The notes beneath the pieces are model-generated. The model had not been told where the DNA came from and ran no database searches. It was given only the letters and a program-made list of their open reading frames with translations. A DNA stretch of 64,000 nucleotides from Podarcis gaigeae (taxonomy: Eukaryota). This document shows positions 28,769 to 41,958 of the stretch, piece after piece (position 1 is the stretch's first letter; every line of letters begins with the position of its first letter). The position numbers and the translations under genes are program-made. The DNA lies in assembly GCA_964106915.2 (NCBI GenBank), contig OZ066915.1, one strand, 5' to 3'.

Positions 28769-29738
28769 TAACTAACCATGTTGCAAGTTTGTTGATAACA
28801 ACAGGTAAATGACTGTGGGTGCCACAAGGACTGTATTTTATTGAGCCATTTTTGGGGTCTTCCGCCATTAAAAGGAGTAAACAATATTGTTCAGTATATT
28901 ACAAGGTAAGTGTGCAAAGCCTTTTTTGTGTAAAAGAAGCAGCAACTGGTAGCAGAAGCTCTATAATGTTTTCAAGTAGAAATTGTAAAGGGGGGGTTAA
29001 GCAGCTCTTGAAAACGCAAACTTTTGGTTGACTATTTTATTTCATACTACTCTGCACAAGTCCCTTCTTTCTCCGAATATCCTAAGATCTGAAAAGCAGA
29101 GAGTCAGAGGCACACACTGTAAGTAGAGTCAAAGTGGTTTGAACATACTGTACATTATCTCCCCCTGAAAACAAATGTCTCAAAATACAATGATTCTATA
29201 TTCAAAACATTTGCAGTACGTCTTAGAATGCTTCATCTGGACAGCAATAACAGACTGAAAAAGCTGAGAGGGGGAGACACCCTATTCTTATTAGCACCAC
29301 CATGCAATATGTTTAGGAATGAATAAATACAGTTTCCCAGGAACACTGGTATGGGTGGGTGGATGTAAAAAGAAGCATTTTCATATCAGTACAAGTAGGT
29401 AGGTGGCATATGAATATTAAGTGCTTATTAGAATCCCATTTGTGTTCAGCAGATGATAGGGAAGTGAAAACGGTTCTACTTGGAGCCTTATTTTTTTGAG
29501 AATATTTGAGAATAACACCTGTCAAGTCCATGTTGCATCAACACTGGAGTTCTGTGGGACAAGGTACTCTGTGATTTTGTTTGTTTTGTAGAGTGCTGAT
29601 CTCTCAGAGCTAGTGAGAACCATTTCAAGCCATTCTGCTTTTTAACCCACAATCTCAAAAGATCAAACTTTGCCCCTAACAGTTTAAGCACTTTTAGACA
29701 TAATACATACATGCCACTAGGATAAACTTCACTATGTA

Positions 29739-30274
29739 CCGTATTTTTCGCTCTATAGGACACACTTTTCCCCCTCCAAAAATGAAGGGGAAATGTGTGT
29801 GCGTCCTATGGAGCGAATGGAGTGTGAGAGGGGTCGGTGAGCAAGACTCTCCTGGCTTCAGCGAAAGGAACCCGAAGCCTTTGGAGCGCAGCGCGAGGTA
29901 CGCTGCGCTCCAAAGGCTTCAGGCCGCTATCCCTGAAGCCTTTGGAGCGCAGCGGGAACTCGAGCTGCTCTCCAAAGGCTTCGCAACCTTGCCGCCGCTC
30001 CCGGACCCGTTCTGGGGTCGGGGGAAGCTCAGGCTTCACCTGCCCCAGCCCCGCGGCTAAAAACGAAGCCAAGACAGTGAGCGGGATCCCGGCTGGAGAG
30101 GTTGCGCGCGGCTAAAGAGGAAGTCAAGACATCCAACGGGATGGATCCCGCTCGCTGTCTTGGCTTCTTTGCTCTTTGGGGCTGGGGGAAAAAATATTTC
30201 CCCCCCTTTATTTCCCCCCCTAAAAAGTAGGTGCGCCCTATGGTAAGGTGCGCCCTATGGAGCGAAAAATATGG
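29739..30274. mobile_element. Young CpG-rich non-autonomous Tc1/mariner-pogo-type DNA transposon
   Basis: TA-flanked TIRs ccgtatttttcgctctatagg / cctatggagcgaaaaatatgg, with three internal hairpins. Confidence 0.88.
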
Positions 30275-30293
30275 TAAGTGGCAAGCAGACACA

Positions 30294-30324
<31 letters not shown>

Positions 30325-33300
30325 GCTTCTCTGCATTAAGTTTGAGGTAGAAACTAGCAAGATATTATGAAGGTTTTCTCCAAGCCAGAAGAGCTAGAAA
30401 GGTGCAGTATGCTGGGTCATATACAGAGACCTGCGTCTGATGAATTTCTGTACCTTTGAACGTTTTGAATACCACAGGGACCCTAAGCATAAATTGGCTT
30501 TTTCAGTCTGCTCTATTCCTCAAACCATTCACACGTTAAACTAGAGGCATCATCAGCATTAGGGTGATTGCCCGAGGTCACCTCCCCTAAGAGCTGTTGA
30601 TGCTCAAACTCACATCAGTATTCAACTTACTCATTCTAACAATGCAAGGATTTCCACTTGCACAGTGGAACTTCCCCTCCCTTTCCTTTCACATCTGTAC
30701 TAGCAGGGTTTCCCCAGCCCTCCGGAGCAGATTTTGGGAAGGCACAGAGAACATGCAGGGTGAGGAAAGGGGGGGGGGAGCTGCATTACACAGGAAGGAA
30801 CGCTTGTGCAGATGGAACGAGATAGTTGGATGACACTGTCAGTTACAGCATTGTCTAGAGCGATGCTCTTTGGAAAACCAGTTTCTTTTACTTTGTCTGG
30901 CTTGCTCTACAGCAGCTTCACTGGGTACTCTTTTTTGGTACTAATGTGAAAAAAAACTTCAAATAACTGTTCCCTGGTGTCTTTTACTGCCTTGGTTTTA
31001 TCTCCTCCCATGATATGCTCAAATATCATGTAAAAGCACACTAGCTTTTACGGAGAAGTTAGGTTTTTGTTGCTACAACCTGTTTCCCGAATTTTTTCTA
31101 TCCTTTCTGTGATGTGCTCACTCCACACCCTCCACTTAGTGCAACGGAGGAGCAAAATCAGGGTGCGTGCTTCAGAATGCTGGACGTCAGCTGAAGCATT
31201 CTCTGTGTGAATATATATTTGTGTATGGAGGAGTGGCTCCTTTATTGTGTTTGATTTAGGGAGGTTCGCTATTACAGAGTTTGAGAACTACAGATCTCTT
31301 CTCCCACCCCTACCTTGGTCATATAATAAGAGCTATTGGACCTGCAGGACCACGTGGATGTTAAAATGTTATTTTGATGTAAATACCTTGAGTAATATTT
31401 TTTCATGCAAATGTGAGCTAAATTGAAGATTTCATCATGGATCTTAGGAAGAAGATTGATTGGATGACTGCAGTTTATCATTAACCCTACCCCAAGCTCT
31501 GTGGCTGATTGCCAAACTCTTCCAGTTGTAAAACAGCAATAGTTTCAGTTACAGAAAACCTTCTCAGATGTCATATAGCAAAGTTCACATATAAAGATCT
31601 CAAATGTCATACAGAATATTCATATACAAAGTTCCATATACAAAGGTCTTTGCTGGCTCTTACTCTGTTTCTTACTACCGTGAAGGAGTGTGCATAACCA
31701 AACTGGTTGTAACTACTAAGGGTGCATAGCATCCTGAAACATTTTATGTGTTATGAGTCTTAGTGTTTCTACTTAGTAGCCACGTTGACATGGCATGGTA
31801 AGCCAGAAACCATGGCTTGCTGCGTTAAACAAACCATTATCCATAGCTTAGTGTTAGGACTGTGGTTTATTTTCCTCCCCCAAAGAACACAATCTGTAGG
31901 CAAGATTTTTTTTTATTCTTTTGATTACTGATCATGGTTTTTTGGAGCAAAACAAACCATGAGCTCTGTTAAGCCAGGGATTGTGGTTTGTTTCATCCAT
32001 GTACTAGCACACAGTCCAAATAGGCTCATTTGTGGTAAACCAGGAACTACCAGGGTTCTAAAACACATAGGTACAGGAGGCCCCATACTTCCAACATTCA
32101 CCGTCCAATTTACAGTGGACAACAGGAAAAATGGAGGGCAGAACTGGCATGCTTGTCCCCATAGTTCCCCTCACGTCTTTACTTAGCATGGTGTCAGAAC
32201 GCCTGAAGAAGGCCCATTGCTGGATTTGAAAGTTTGTGTTTCATTCTGTACTGTTATTTCCCATGCATACAAACAATAATATTTGTGGAGCTCTTCTAAG
32301 TATTCTGTGCCTTTTAATGTTCATTGATTATAAGAGATGCTTCAGTATGCTGCTGCTAGTGGTAAGCTTTATCAGCACTGGATCACCTGTTGTCTAGCAG
32401 CAGACTGATCAAAATCAGGGATATGCGTGGGTTGAGATGTCTGCTGCTCTTTATGCTGTGGGAAGACCCAACATCAGAAACCAGGGGGAAATCCCCAGAG
32501 CCATAAGGAGACCAAGCCACTGTCAATTGGGGGGGGGGGGGATGCCAAGAAATGCAGGTTGTGGTACTCATAATATATTAACAGACCAATAGGAAGACTG
32601 GGCCTGAAGTGGAGGTGGATTTTCTCAACGAAGCTCTTTGAGAGGTGGGGAATCCCCAGAGCTGAAACTGGTTTGTGGTGAAGGGCCAGCCACTTCCCTG
32701 TTCTGTGAACTATAGCTGCAAAAAATTTTTACGTACATTGCACTAGCACATGCAAAACTACATGCCCGTCAATGCCATAAGGAAGTTTCAGGTAGTGTAG
32801 TTTCAAATAACAAAGTTCTGGAGAAAATATAACCATAATGACAACTGCAAAACGTAGATCAACTGTCAACAAAAATACAGTCACCCTTCAACTGGAACAG
32901 AATTACAGGGATAGGGTGAAGGTAACATACGTATGTCTCCCACACCCTCACATGTTGTTTTCCTGGCTTTCGGAACAGATGAATAGGGCTTTTGTTTAAG
33001 GCACTTCCTTACCCTTTGTCTTAACTCAGCAGGTTAAGCCATGGAGTCACTGTATGTTTGAGATCTTAGCCAGGATTAAGGGAACAAACCATGGTCCATG
33101 TTTATCTATGGTTAAGCATTATGTCTAGACTAGGCCTTTAAGGCTGCAACCGTAAGTTCCGTGTGTGAGAGAGAACTGAAAGTGACTAAACCACCACAAG
33201 CAACATCTTGCAGGCTGGAAGATGAGCAGAGCAGAGCTGCTGTGCTCTTCCATCCTCCTACTCCCAAGAAGTATTTCAGTACAACTCTAGTGGTATTGTA

Positions 33301-33867
33301 TATAGTTTTCTCCCTGATTTGGGGGCCTATTGGGAAAGGGAAGGCTATGGATCTTTTGGATCCGTACTTTCCCCTAACCCCACCCAGGCGTACCCCCTTT
33401 TGGGCCATACACGAGAGCAAGGACCACAGAATTTTGTGTGATGGGGAGAAGTATCCAACACAGGATCTCTGTCTCCAAGGTTGTGCCTCCTCCACCTTAT
33501 GTCAGGGAGATCTAATGCTTGTTATGGCCCCTGGAATGGCCTTCTCCAGACCCCAGAAGGTTGCAGGGCCAATAGCATGAGACATTTGAATAAAAGTTAG
33601 TTCCAGTCACAGAGATCTCAGAAACTAATTTTAGAGTGTCTACCATTTGTCTTCAGTATCAAGATAAGGGTTGGAACTAGATAAGGATTGAAAAGCACTT
33701 GATGGCTATAGTTTCCTTTTTAGAAAATCAGTTGCAGCAAGAACATGTTAAAATTAGTTTGGGTTGAATTATTTATTTGATGGAATCTTTTGTGAAGGGA
33801 TTTTCGTTTTCTGAATATAGATGAATTGCTCTCTGTAGTTCAGTATTTATTGGTTCCTACATCGAGA

Positions 33868-34017
33868 NNNNNNNNNNNNNNNNNNNNNNNNNNNNNNNNN
33901 NNNNNNNNNNNNNNNNNNNNNNNNNNNNNNNNNNNNNNNNNNNNNNNNNNNNNNNNNNNNNNNNNNNNNNNNNNNNNNNNNNNNNNNNNNNNNNNNNNNN
34001 NNNNNNNNNNNNNNNNN
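33868..34017. other. Assembly gap (150 N)
   Basis: Run of n. Confidence 1.
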
Positions 34018-37000
34018 CTTAGACAGTCAAATGAAAACTGAAACATCATGGAAATTTGCTAGTTGCAATAGAAGAAGTCTAGACCTCTAAAAAATACTGC
34101 GATTTAGGCCACAACTTTTATACAAAAATTACATTTGTGGCCTGTTAAACCACCAAAAAATGTAACTACTGATCCATATGAAAACAATCTGTTTGATGCT
34201 GTGTGGATGAACCACTATGCTTCTCTGCCACTAAATGAAGTTTCATGTTTCTCCAAAGTACAATTAATACATGGTTTATGGTTGATAATATAAATCAAAT
34301 TACAACTTATCCAAAAACAACTGTGTCATTACATTCTTTCTTGAGAGAACACTACAAAAATAAGGGGCAGTATTCAACTAAATTTTACTCAGAGTAGACC
34401 CATTGAAATGAATGAACATGACTGAATTAGGTCCATTAACGTCACTGGGTCTAAATAAAACATAGTTGAATTTTATTAGATTGATATCTCTCATAAGGCG
34501 ACATCCATACAATCACACCCTACCACAGTATCAATACAAGTCAACAGTAAAACACATACTTTAGAATGCCAACTGGAAGGCCATGTGGAAATAAAGCCCA
34601 AGCATGTTCTTTAAGATTTAACCAATAGTTTTATATCCCTCCTATGAGCAACAGCTCACAGGATAAGGTGGTAAGATAATCTAATTCACCATCTTGCGTT
34701 GGGATCCTCATTCCAGTTCTGTTGCAATGTTTGTATGCTTTATCTAGAACCTAAGGAATAAATAAAGTGAAGGTAAGGTAGCCATGATAAATTTTCTTGG
34801 ACCTGGTTCTTATGCTCACTTAAAACCCTCTTCTCATGGTTATTAATGATGGAGTATTGGTGTTTGTATGTTCCCGTCTCTAGACCACCCTAAGCTACTT
34901 TGGGAGAAAGGATGGGATATAAATACTACTAAATAAATCTAATAATAAATCCCCACTTGTCATTCCTATTCATAAAATGAAAAATGAACTGGGCGTTAGC
35001 GATTATTTCCCATAGTCAAACGTATCACTTTGACCCTTGTTTCACCATTTCCAATCTCAATAAACAGCGGCAAAATCACGTAGTAGTACAGGAGCAGGGC
35101 TGCAGTTAACTATCTGTCAGTAAATGATGGAAACTTAAAACTGATGCTCTGCATTCATAGCAAAATAAGTGTTTAGTGGAGCATGAGTGACTTTAATTAT
35201 TTATGTCTAATACATAGCATAGAGGTTGCCCTTTCATTACATTTCCGCTGGAGAAGATATGTATGGATTATCTATACCTATGTGATTAGTCACGTAATGT
35301 TATATGAAATAGTATCTAATAGAAATGCTTCTTCCTGTATGTAAACTAGAAACACTCACACACAGAGGCGCGCACACACTTTTGTTTAACAAACCTGTGC
35401 TATTTTTGTGAAATGTTTATAACCCTCAATTAGCTGCTGTAATCACGATGGAAATTTAGAAAAGATTATCAATGGCTATCAGATGCAGATGGGGGGTTTG
35501 TACGTCACTCTGCTTCAACTTCATTGGTGTGCCATGTTTATAATGGGCTCACATCAAAGCTCAGCTGAACAGCGCTGGGAATTGACAGTAGATCACAGAG
35601 CCCTTTGTACAGGAAGAGTGAAGGGAACACGGTTTCAAGGGGGCTGAAATAGGATGGGATCTACGAAGATAAATGGTTCTGAGGATTGCAGACTCGACTA
35701 CTATGTTTCTTACATTCACTGCTACAGCGTAGGTGCCCTATAGCTTTTTGGGGGTGGCATGGTTTTTGGATGTTCTGTATGCTTTTCTAATCAAATGAGT
35801 ATTGCATTTTATTTTATTAGGCACTGATTACTTGTAAAGTAAAATTATCAGACTAAGTATGCAGTGAAGTATTTCCTTCACTGTAAATCAATGCAGGTAA
35901 GTGACACCTGAAAGCTAGCAGCAGCCTTCAGAACCATGATAAAATTATTTTAGATTCCATGGTATTTGCAAACCTTTCAACATTTCAGATGACTTGTTTG
36001 GGCTTACAGTTCTTACCTACTTTCTAGGCGGTTTCCAGGGAATATTATAAATAGTCAAGCAGTGCAACATTTGTTTTGCTCAATAGTTATACTAATAGAG
36101 GTATTAAATATTGCTTACATGACCTGTTAATGACTCTGTGGGTTTAATTAATATAATGAAAGAAACTTTTTTTAAAGGCATACTTATATAATAATAGAAC
36201 ATATATAAGTTCAGATATAAAATAAAAATACATAATCTTTTTTATTTTTATTTATAGATTAGAATTTCTTTAGGAATGTGATAAATTTTTATAGAGCATA
36301 GAAGAGGAATTGTATGGGAAAGCACTGCAATTTATGTTTGATTATAAGAGCTTTGTGTGTATGTGCAACAGCTTTTTTTTTTTTTTTTTTTTTTGAAGCA
36401 TATTAAGAAGCATTTCCTTCTTAAATCTAAAATATTACCTCCAAACTGAAGGGAGAGAGAAAGTGTTGATATTTATTAAACCTATCCTAATTCCAAAGCC
36501 AGTACATCTTTTCTCATATTTAGGAGTCGTTATGATTATTGTTTGCATTATATTTTTAAATCCATGTAAAGGTGTTTGTGTGCTTACTTCTTAATGACAA
36601 ATGTGGTAATGTGACCATATTAACTATTGAAGCATTCCTCGATATTTTTTTAAAAACCCAACAGATATGTGCATGTGTGTCCATTTCATTTTTTGCTTTT
36701 TCAAAGGGGAAGTTATTTGTGTTTTCAGATATTAGGTACCATACAGTGTGAGTGTGTTGATTAAGGCCTTCTTGAAAAATTACCTACGCTTTCCCTTCTA
36801 AAGAACAACTGCATTGAATTATATCAACTAGAGGTTTTACTCTTGTGTGTTATGGAACAAACTACTGAAGAAACAGCCCCAATGTGATTAAGTAATTGAG
36901 GCCATTCTGCAATAATTAAGTCCTTGATAGTCAAAGTGCCTCAGTCTAGGATTACTTAGTCCCATCATTTAGGATTTATTGAAGATTTTAAAGTAAATTT

Positions 37001-38609
37001 CCTTGGGTCTCTCTTCTGACCACTGAGTCTTGGGCTGCTTTCTAGTGATCATTGGTACAAAACCTGCACAGTGGACTTTTATTTTGAAGTTTTGATCTAG
37101 GAACCACACTGTACTTTATTCCTGACCATCCATCACCCCTACCCATCCTAGCAGAATGAAAGCAGTTTTAAACGCTGGTGGTGAGCTGGTTCTGGAGCTG
37201 GAAACACAATCTATCACTGTTAGACTTTAATATTGGTAAGGGGACAACAAGGTCAGAATGAAGTGTGCTTTTAAAAAGTATCTCTGGGGACACACAAAAC
37301 TGAACTATAGGCCAGGGAGTCCCAAAGTCTTTTCATGTTCCCACCCCACCCTAGGCTTTAAGGATCATGTTTAATAGGTCTGTGGCATACAATAAATTAA
37401 TACCCTGACAGCCAGAAGTACCTGAGAGACAGGCAGAACACAATATGCAGGACTATAAAAGGGGAAGTGCATAGACCATGGAATTATTTATGACTGTTCC
37501 TATTGTTCAGATGAAGCACTGTAATATATGGAGTCCCTATGCATTATTACTTAGAAACAAGCCTTATTGAGTTCAGTGGGATTTGCTCTGAAATAAGCAG
37601 ATATATGCTTGCAGATATGGTGCAGTAGTCTTCGACCCAAACTTACATTTGGAGACCCATTTCTTAATTTTTGTTACCATATTTGTATGGTGATTACTGT
37701 TGCACCCTTCATCTGAGTAATGGGTCCCAAACTTATATAAGTTTATATAATATTATATAAGCCTTTCATTTAGACTTCCTCAAATGTATGCTTCTTTCAA
37801 GTTACTTGTCTGAGCATTTGGCGTAGGCTGAGAACCACTGGATTAAACCACTGTTTTCTTTGAAAGGTACTTATAACCTTGTGGAGACTGGGCTGTTCAT
37901 TCTTTTTCATCCTGTACATGTTACACTAATCTAGCAGGTTTTTACCTTGTCAGGTAGAGCTAAGGAAACATTTCAGGGTGGGAACTAGCATTGAACATAA
38001 TAAAGTTATCTGGTGATAATTACTCATTTTATCAGGTGACTGCAACATTTATTACTACTTGCACAAGGGGCTTGAGGCAAAGTCATAGGGAGTATATATC
38101 TCTCAGCTGCACCAGCTTTGATAAAACTGGCCGCCTCTAAACGAAAGGTTGATTTGAGGGGTGGGGGAACAAATGGTGACTAAAATAATCCTGAAGCTGG
38201 GATATGGCTCCAGAGAGCAAATCTTGGCTACCCGGTGGCTCTGAAAGCTCTTGCTGGAATGGAATTCTTTGGGTCAATGTTTGAAGCATTTTTGGAAGCC
38301 AAGAACCATACAACAAGCCTGGAGAAATTGGGCAGTTCAAGGGAAGACATTAAAGCTTTTGAGAGACATTCTACTTGGATATTGGCTAAGGGTTTTCCTC
38401 TTTTGATTCCCATTTGTGGTATTGCTGTTGTCAAAGAGTCTCTGGAAACAAATTATTGCAAAAACCAGCATTTGCTTAACAAGAAGACTGAAAGCAATTT
38501 TATGCTACCCAAGAAATATAGAGCTTTGGACCAAATAAATAGCTCACTGGAAAAATATACCTTTAATGAGTTATATTCAACAGTGTTTTACTCAAGAGTA
38601 AACCAGTGA

Positions 38610-38967
38610 TGGACGCGGGTGGTGCTGTGGTCTCTTAGCTCTACAGAGTCTAGGGCTTGCTGATCAGAAGGTCAGCAGTTTGAATCCCTGCAACGGAGTG
38701 AGCTCCCATTGTTCGGTCCAAGCTCCTGCCCGTCTAGCAGTTCAAAAGCACGTCAAGTGCAAGTAGATAAATAGGTATCGCTCTGGTGGGAAGGTAAAAC
38801 GGCATTTCCGTGCACTGCTCTGGTTTGCCAGAAGTGGCTTAGTCATGCTGGCCACATGACCTGGAAGCTGTCTGCGGACAAACGCCGGCTCCCTCGGCCT
38901 ATAGAGCGAGTTGAGCACGCTACCTGAGTCCACAACTGGACCTAATGGTCAGGGGTACCTTTACTAT
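38610..38967 (+). mobile_element. Sauria-type SINE (older subfamily)
   Basis: Same head and body as 6381, TSD AACCAGTGA (38601-38609 / 38968-38976). Confidence 0.9.
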
Positions 38968-39043
38968 AACCAGTGAGATTATTGAACACTACCAGGTAGT
39001 GCCCAGCACTGCTTGGGAATTTTTAGAATTTTTTAAGCAGATG

Positions 39044-39265
39044 CAGTGGTTCCTTGGTTCTCGAACGTAATCCATTCCGAAACAATTGAAAACCAAGATG
39101 TGGCTTCCAATTGGCGCAGGCGCCCCGGAAACAAAAGCCGACAGCCACATCAGACATTCAGCTTCTGAAAACTGTTCAAAAACTGGAACACTTCCTTCCG
39201 GGTTTTCGCCATTCAGGAGCCGAAATGTTTGAGTACCAAGGCATTCGAGAACCAAGGTTCCACTG
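39044..39265. mobile_element. Tc1/mariner-pogo-type MITE
   Basis: TIRs cagtggttccttggttctcgaa / ttcgagaaccaaggttccactg followed by TA. Confidence 0.85.
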
Positions 39266-39289
39266 TAGTGTAATTTGTGAGTTTGGACC

Positions 39290-39640
39290 TGTTATGCCAA
39301 AAATTGGGTGAAGTTGAAAGTGGATCACTGTGATGGACAGACTGGATGCAGAGGAGTGGTGGGAGAAACCAGCTGAGGAATCCCCAGGAGAAGAGGGCTC
39401 AGAGCCAGGAGAGTGGTGGTAGGACAACAATGAGAGTGGTGGTAGGACAACAATGAGTGGTCAGAGGGAGGAGCACACTGACAGGAGGAGATGTCAGAAA
39501 CTGAAGAGGTAACAGGGGTTAGTGAGCAGGAACGGGCTGTGGCAGAGAGCAGTGCAGAAGCAGAGGGAGGTCAAGAAGCAAAGTTGGGCTGATGAAGAAG
39601 CCTGGAAAACTCTCCTTCCTGCTGTTACTTGATGGTGATG
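39290..39640 (+). mobile_element. Degenerate LTR-like fragment with a decayed acidic ORF
   Basis: Starts TGTTATG, strongly purine-biased, reads MDRLDAEEWWEKPAEESPGEEGSEPGEWW* from 39333. No 3' CA end or TSD identified. Confidence 0.45.
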
Positions 39641-39916
39641 GTGTGTTTGATCCCCTTTTGTTGTGCAAGAATAATACATTATGCTGGTTTTATTCATCCA
39701 TCATTGCCTCATGCTCTTCCTTTTAAGATTATTGCAGATAATTCCTCCCCCAATCTTGTTAGGAAACTTCCAGTGATTCCTTTAAGGGATGCAAAACCTG
39801 TGGAAGGTTCTGTGGATTGTAGTCCAATCACTCACGTGAATTTTAGGACAAAGAGGCTCTAGATGTTTGCTTGTCAGCCTTTTGAAAGGATGAATATTTC
39901 CATCTGTGAACTACTT

Positions 39917-40250
39917 CTAGGCTGCATCAACATCAAGTATAGTGTCCAGATCAAGGGAAGTAGTAGTACCACTCTATTCTGCCTTAGTCGGGCCACACTT
40001 GGATACTGTGTCGAATTCTGGGCACCACAATTTAAGGATGCTAACAAGCTGGAACGTGTGCAGACGAGGGCGACCAAGATGATCAAGGTTTTGGAAACTA
40101 AGCTTTATGAGGAGTGCTTGAAGGAGCTGGGTATGCTTAGTCTAGAAAAGAGAAAACAATAGAGATATGATAGCCATCTTCAAATAACTTTAAGGGCTGT
40201 CACATGGAGGAGGGAGCATGTTGTTTTCTCTTGCTCTGGAGGGTAGGACT
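39917..40250 (+). mobile_element. CR1 LINE ORF2 3' fragment
   Basis: LGYCVEFWAPQFKDANKLERVQTRATKMIKVLETKLYEECLKELGMLSLEKR, a canonical CR1 ORF2 C-terminus. Confidence 0.9.
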
Positions 40251-40724
40251 TCAGTACATATAGCTTCAAGCTCTTTCAAGACTGGCCTGATCCTGGTCCG
40301 TAGTACCAATATTTTACGAGTGTTGTGGTATAGTGTTTGTTGTGGCTCCCACACTAACATATATGGTAGAGATTTTTGTCAATGCAGTTGGATTTCTTGG
40401 TATATTTACAAACCATGCCAGCAATGCTTGGTCCCTAAGTCTGGTCATCACTTCGTAAAAATCTTTACCAGGAAGCAGGACCATGTGCTTGGAAGTATTT
40501 GCACATTCCTTGACTGCCAAAGGAGCAATGGCGGCAGCAGCAACACCAGTAAATATATAGGTTAAAGGGGCTTAGAAACCAGTCTGAAGTCAACAGAAGC
40601 AAGCATGGTGCTAATTGAAGGATATAACAAAAACTCTTCACATCAGTCCCTTAACTGTGATGAATCGGAAAGAGAAAAGTTAATTATTTTTTTAATGCAC
40701 AATGATTATGTTTTACCCATTTAG

Positions 40725-40838
40725 GCGGGACTAAGGACGCTTCATGATATTGGACCTGAAATTCGGCGTGCTATATCCTGTGATTTGCAAGAAGATGAAC
40801 CTGAGCAAAATCACCATGAGGAAGAGGAAGTATATAAA
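40725..40838 (+). CDS. CACNA1D: CACNA1D exon 42 (PCRD): [38 protein letters not shown]
   Basis: atttag|GCG...AAA|gtaaat, 114 nt. Confidence 0.96.
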
Positions 40839-41652
40839 GTAAATGGACATATAACAAATTGGTTGGCTCAAACTTGTGAAATTTACAATATTATGCTGCC
40901 ATCCTATACATGCTTGCTTTGAAGTCCTGTTGAATTAAGCAGGTTGTACTTCTGAGTAAACATATATAGACTGATAGTAAACATTTTTGTTCAACACTGC
41001 AATATTTTTTCAAGGGGTTCAGTGCATTCTCTTTATGCCTCAGTTGTTTTACTATAGATTGTCTTATGTGAAGCAATTTGCAGTGTATAATTTCCTTACA
41101 TTATGAGCAGGTAAGGTCTATTGAAGTCAGTGAAATTTCTCTCTGTGTAATATCTGGACAAGATGTGCTTATTGCACTACAGGAAACAGCCACACATTCA
41201 AGGCAGTGCAGAAAAAGTACATCAAAACGGGGGGGGGGGGGGGAGTCAAGAGGGCATTAATACTTTTAATAATCATGATTTTAAATTAAATTTTAAGTTA
41301 TTTTCTATAGGCATGTCACCTGACATGAATTTCACATGTAGAGTTAGAATTAAACTATTTTTAATTTCAAAAACAAAAGTTCTCTAGAACACATAAAACT
41401 GCCAAATCAATAAAGTGATTGTAAATAAAAGCTGCTTGGTGACCTCCCATCTTTCAATGGAATAAAGCAGGGCTGTAATGGCAAAACTAGCAAACAGTTA
41501 ATTTTGGAAGCTGGGTGTTCTCATACAACAAAGATCATTTCTATATTTCAAATGTGCAAGGGGTTTGGACTGCATTGCTCCCTGAAATGTCTGGCCAGGA
41601 CCACTGTAGAATAACAGCATTTGCAATATCAACCCCAGAAATCTCCTATAGT

Positions 41653-41958
41653 AGTTGTTGTTTAGTCATTTAGTCGTGTCCGACTTTTCATGACCCCATG
41701 GACCAGAGCACACCAGGCACTCCTATCTTCCACTCCCTCCCAGTTTGGTCAAACTCAAGTTAGTAGCTTCAAGAACACTGTCCAACCATCTCGTCCTCTG
41801 TTGTCCCCTTCTTGTGCCCTCAATCTTTCCCAACATCGGGGTCTTTTCTAGAGAGTCTTCTCTTCTCATGAGGTGGCCCAAGTATTGGGGCCTCAGCTTC
41901 AGGATCTGTCCTTCCACTGAGCACTCGGGGCTGATTTCCTTCAGAATGGATAGGTTTG
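41653..41958 (-). mobile_element. 5'-truncated BovB (RTE clade) LINE
   Basis: EGQILKLRPQYLGHLMRREDSLEKTPMLGKIEG...RWLDSV, (CAA)n-type tail, 12-bp TSD ATCTCCTATAGT (41641-41652 / 41959-41970). Confidence 0.93.

Noticed and set aside
29734-30310. Several overlapping ORFs on both strands
   Set aside because: Explained by the GC-rich palindromic interior of a MITE. No transposase motifs.
35483-35647. Open frame after atcag|ATG CAG ATG GGG
   Set aside because: The acceptor lacks a pyrimidine tract and the peptide has no recognisable similarity.
38235-38609. 124-aa ORF as a possible processed pseudogene
   Set aside because: No protein family recognised, no poly(A) tail or TSD seen.
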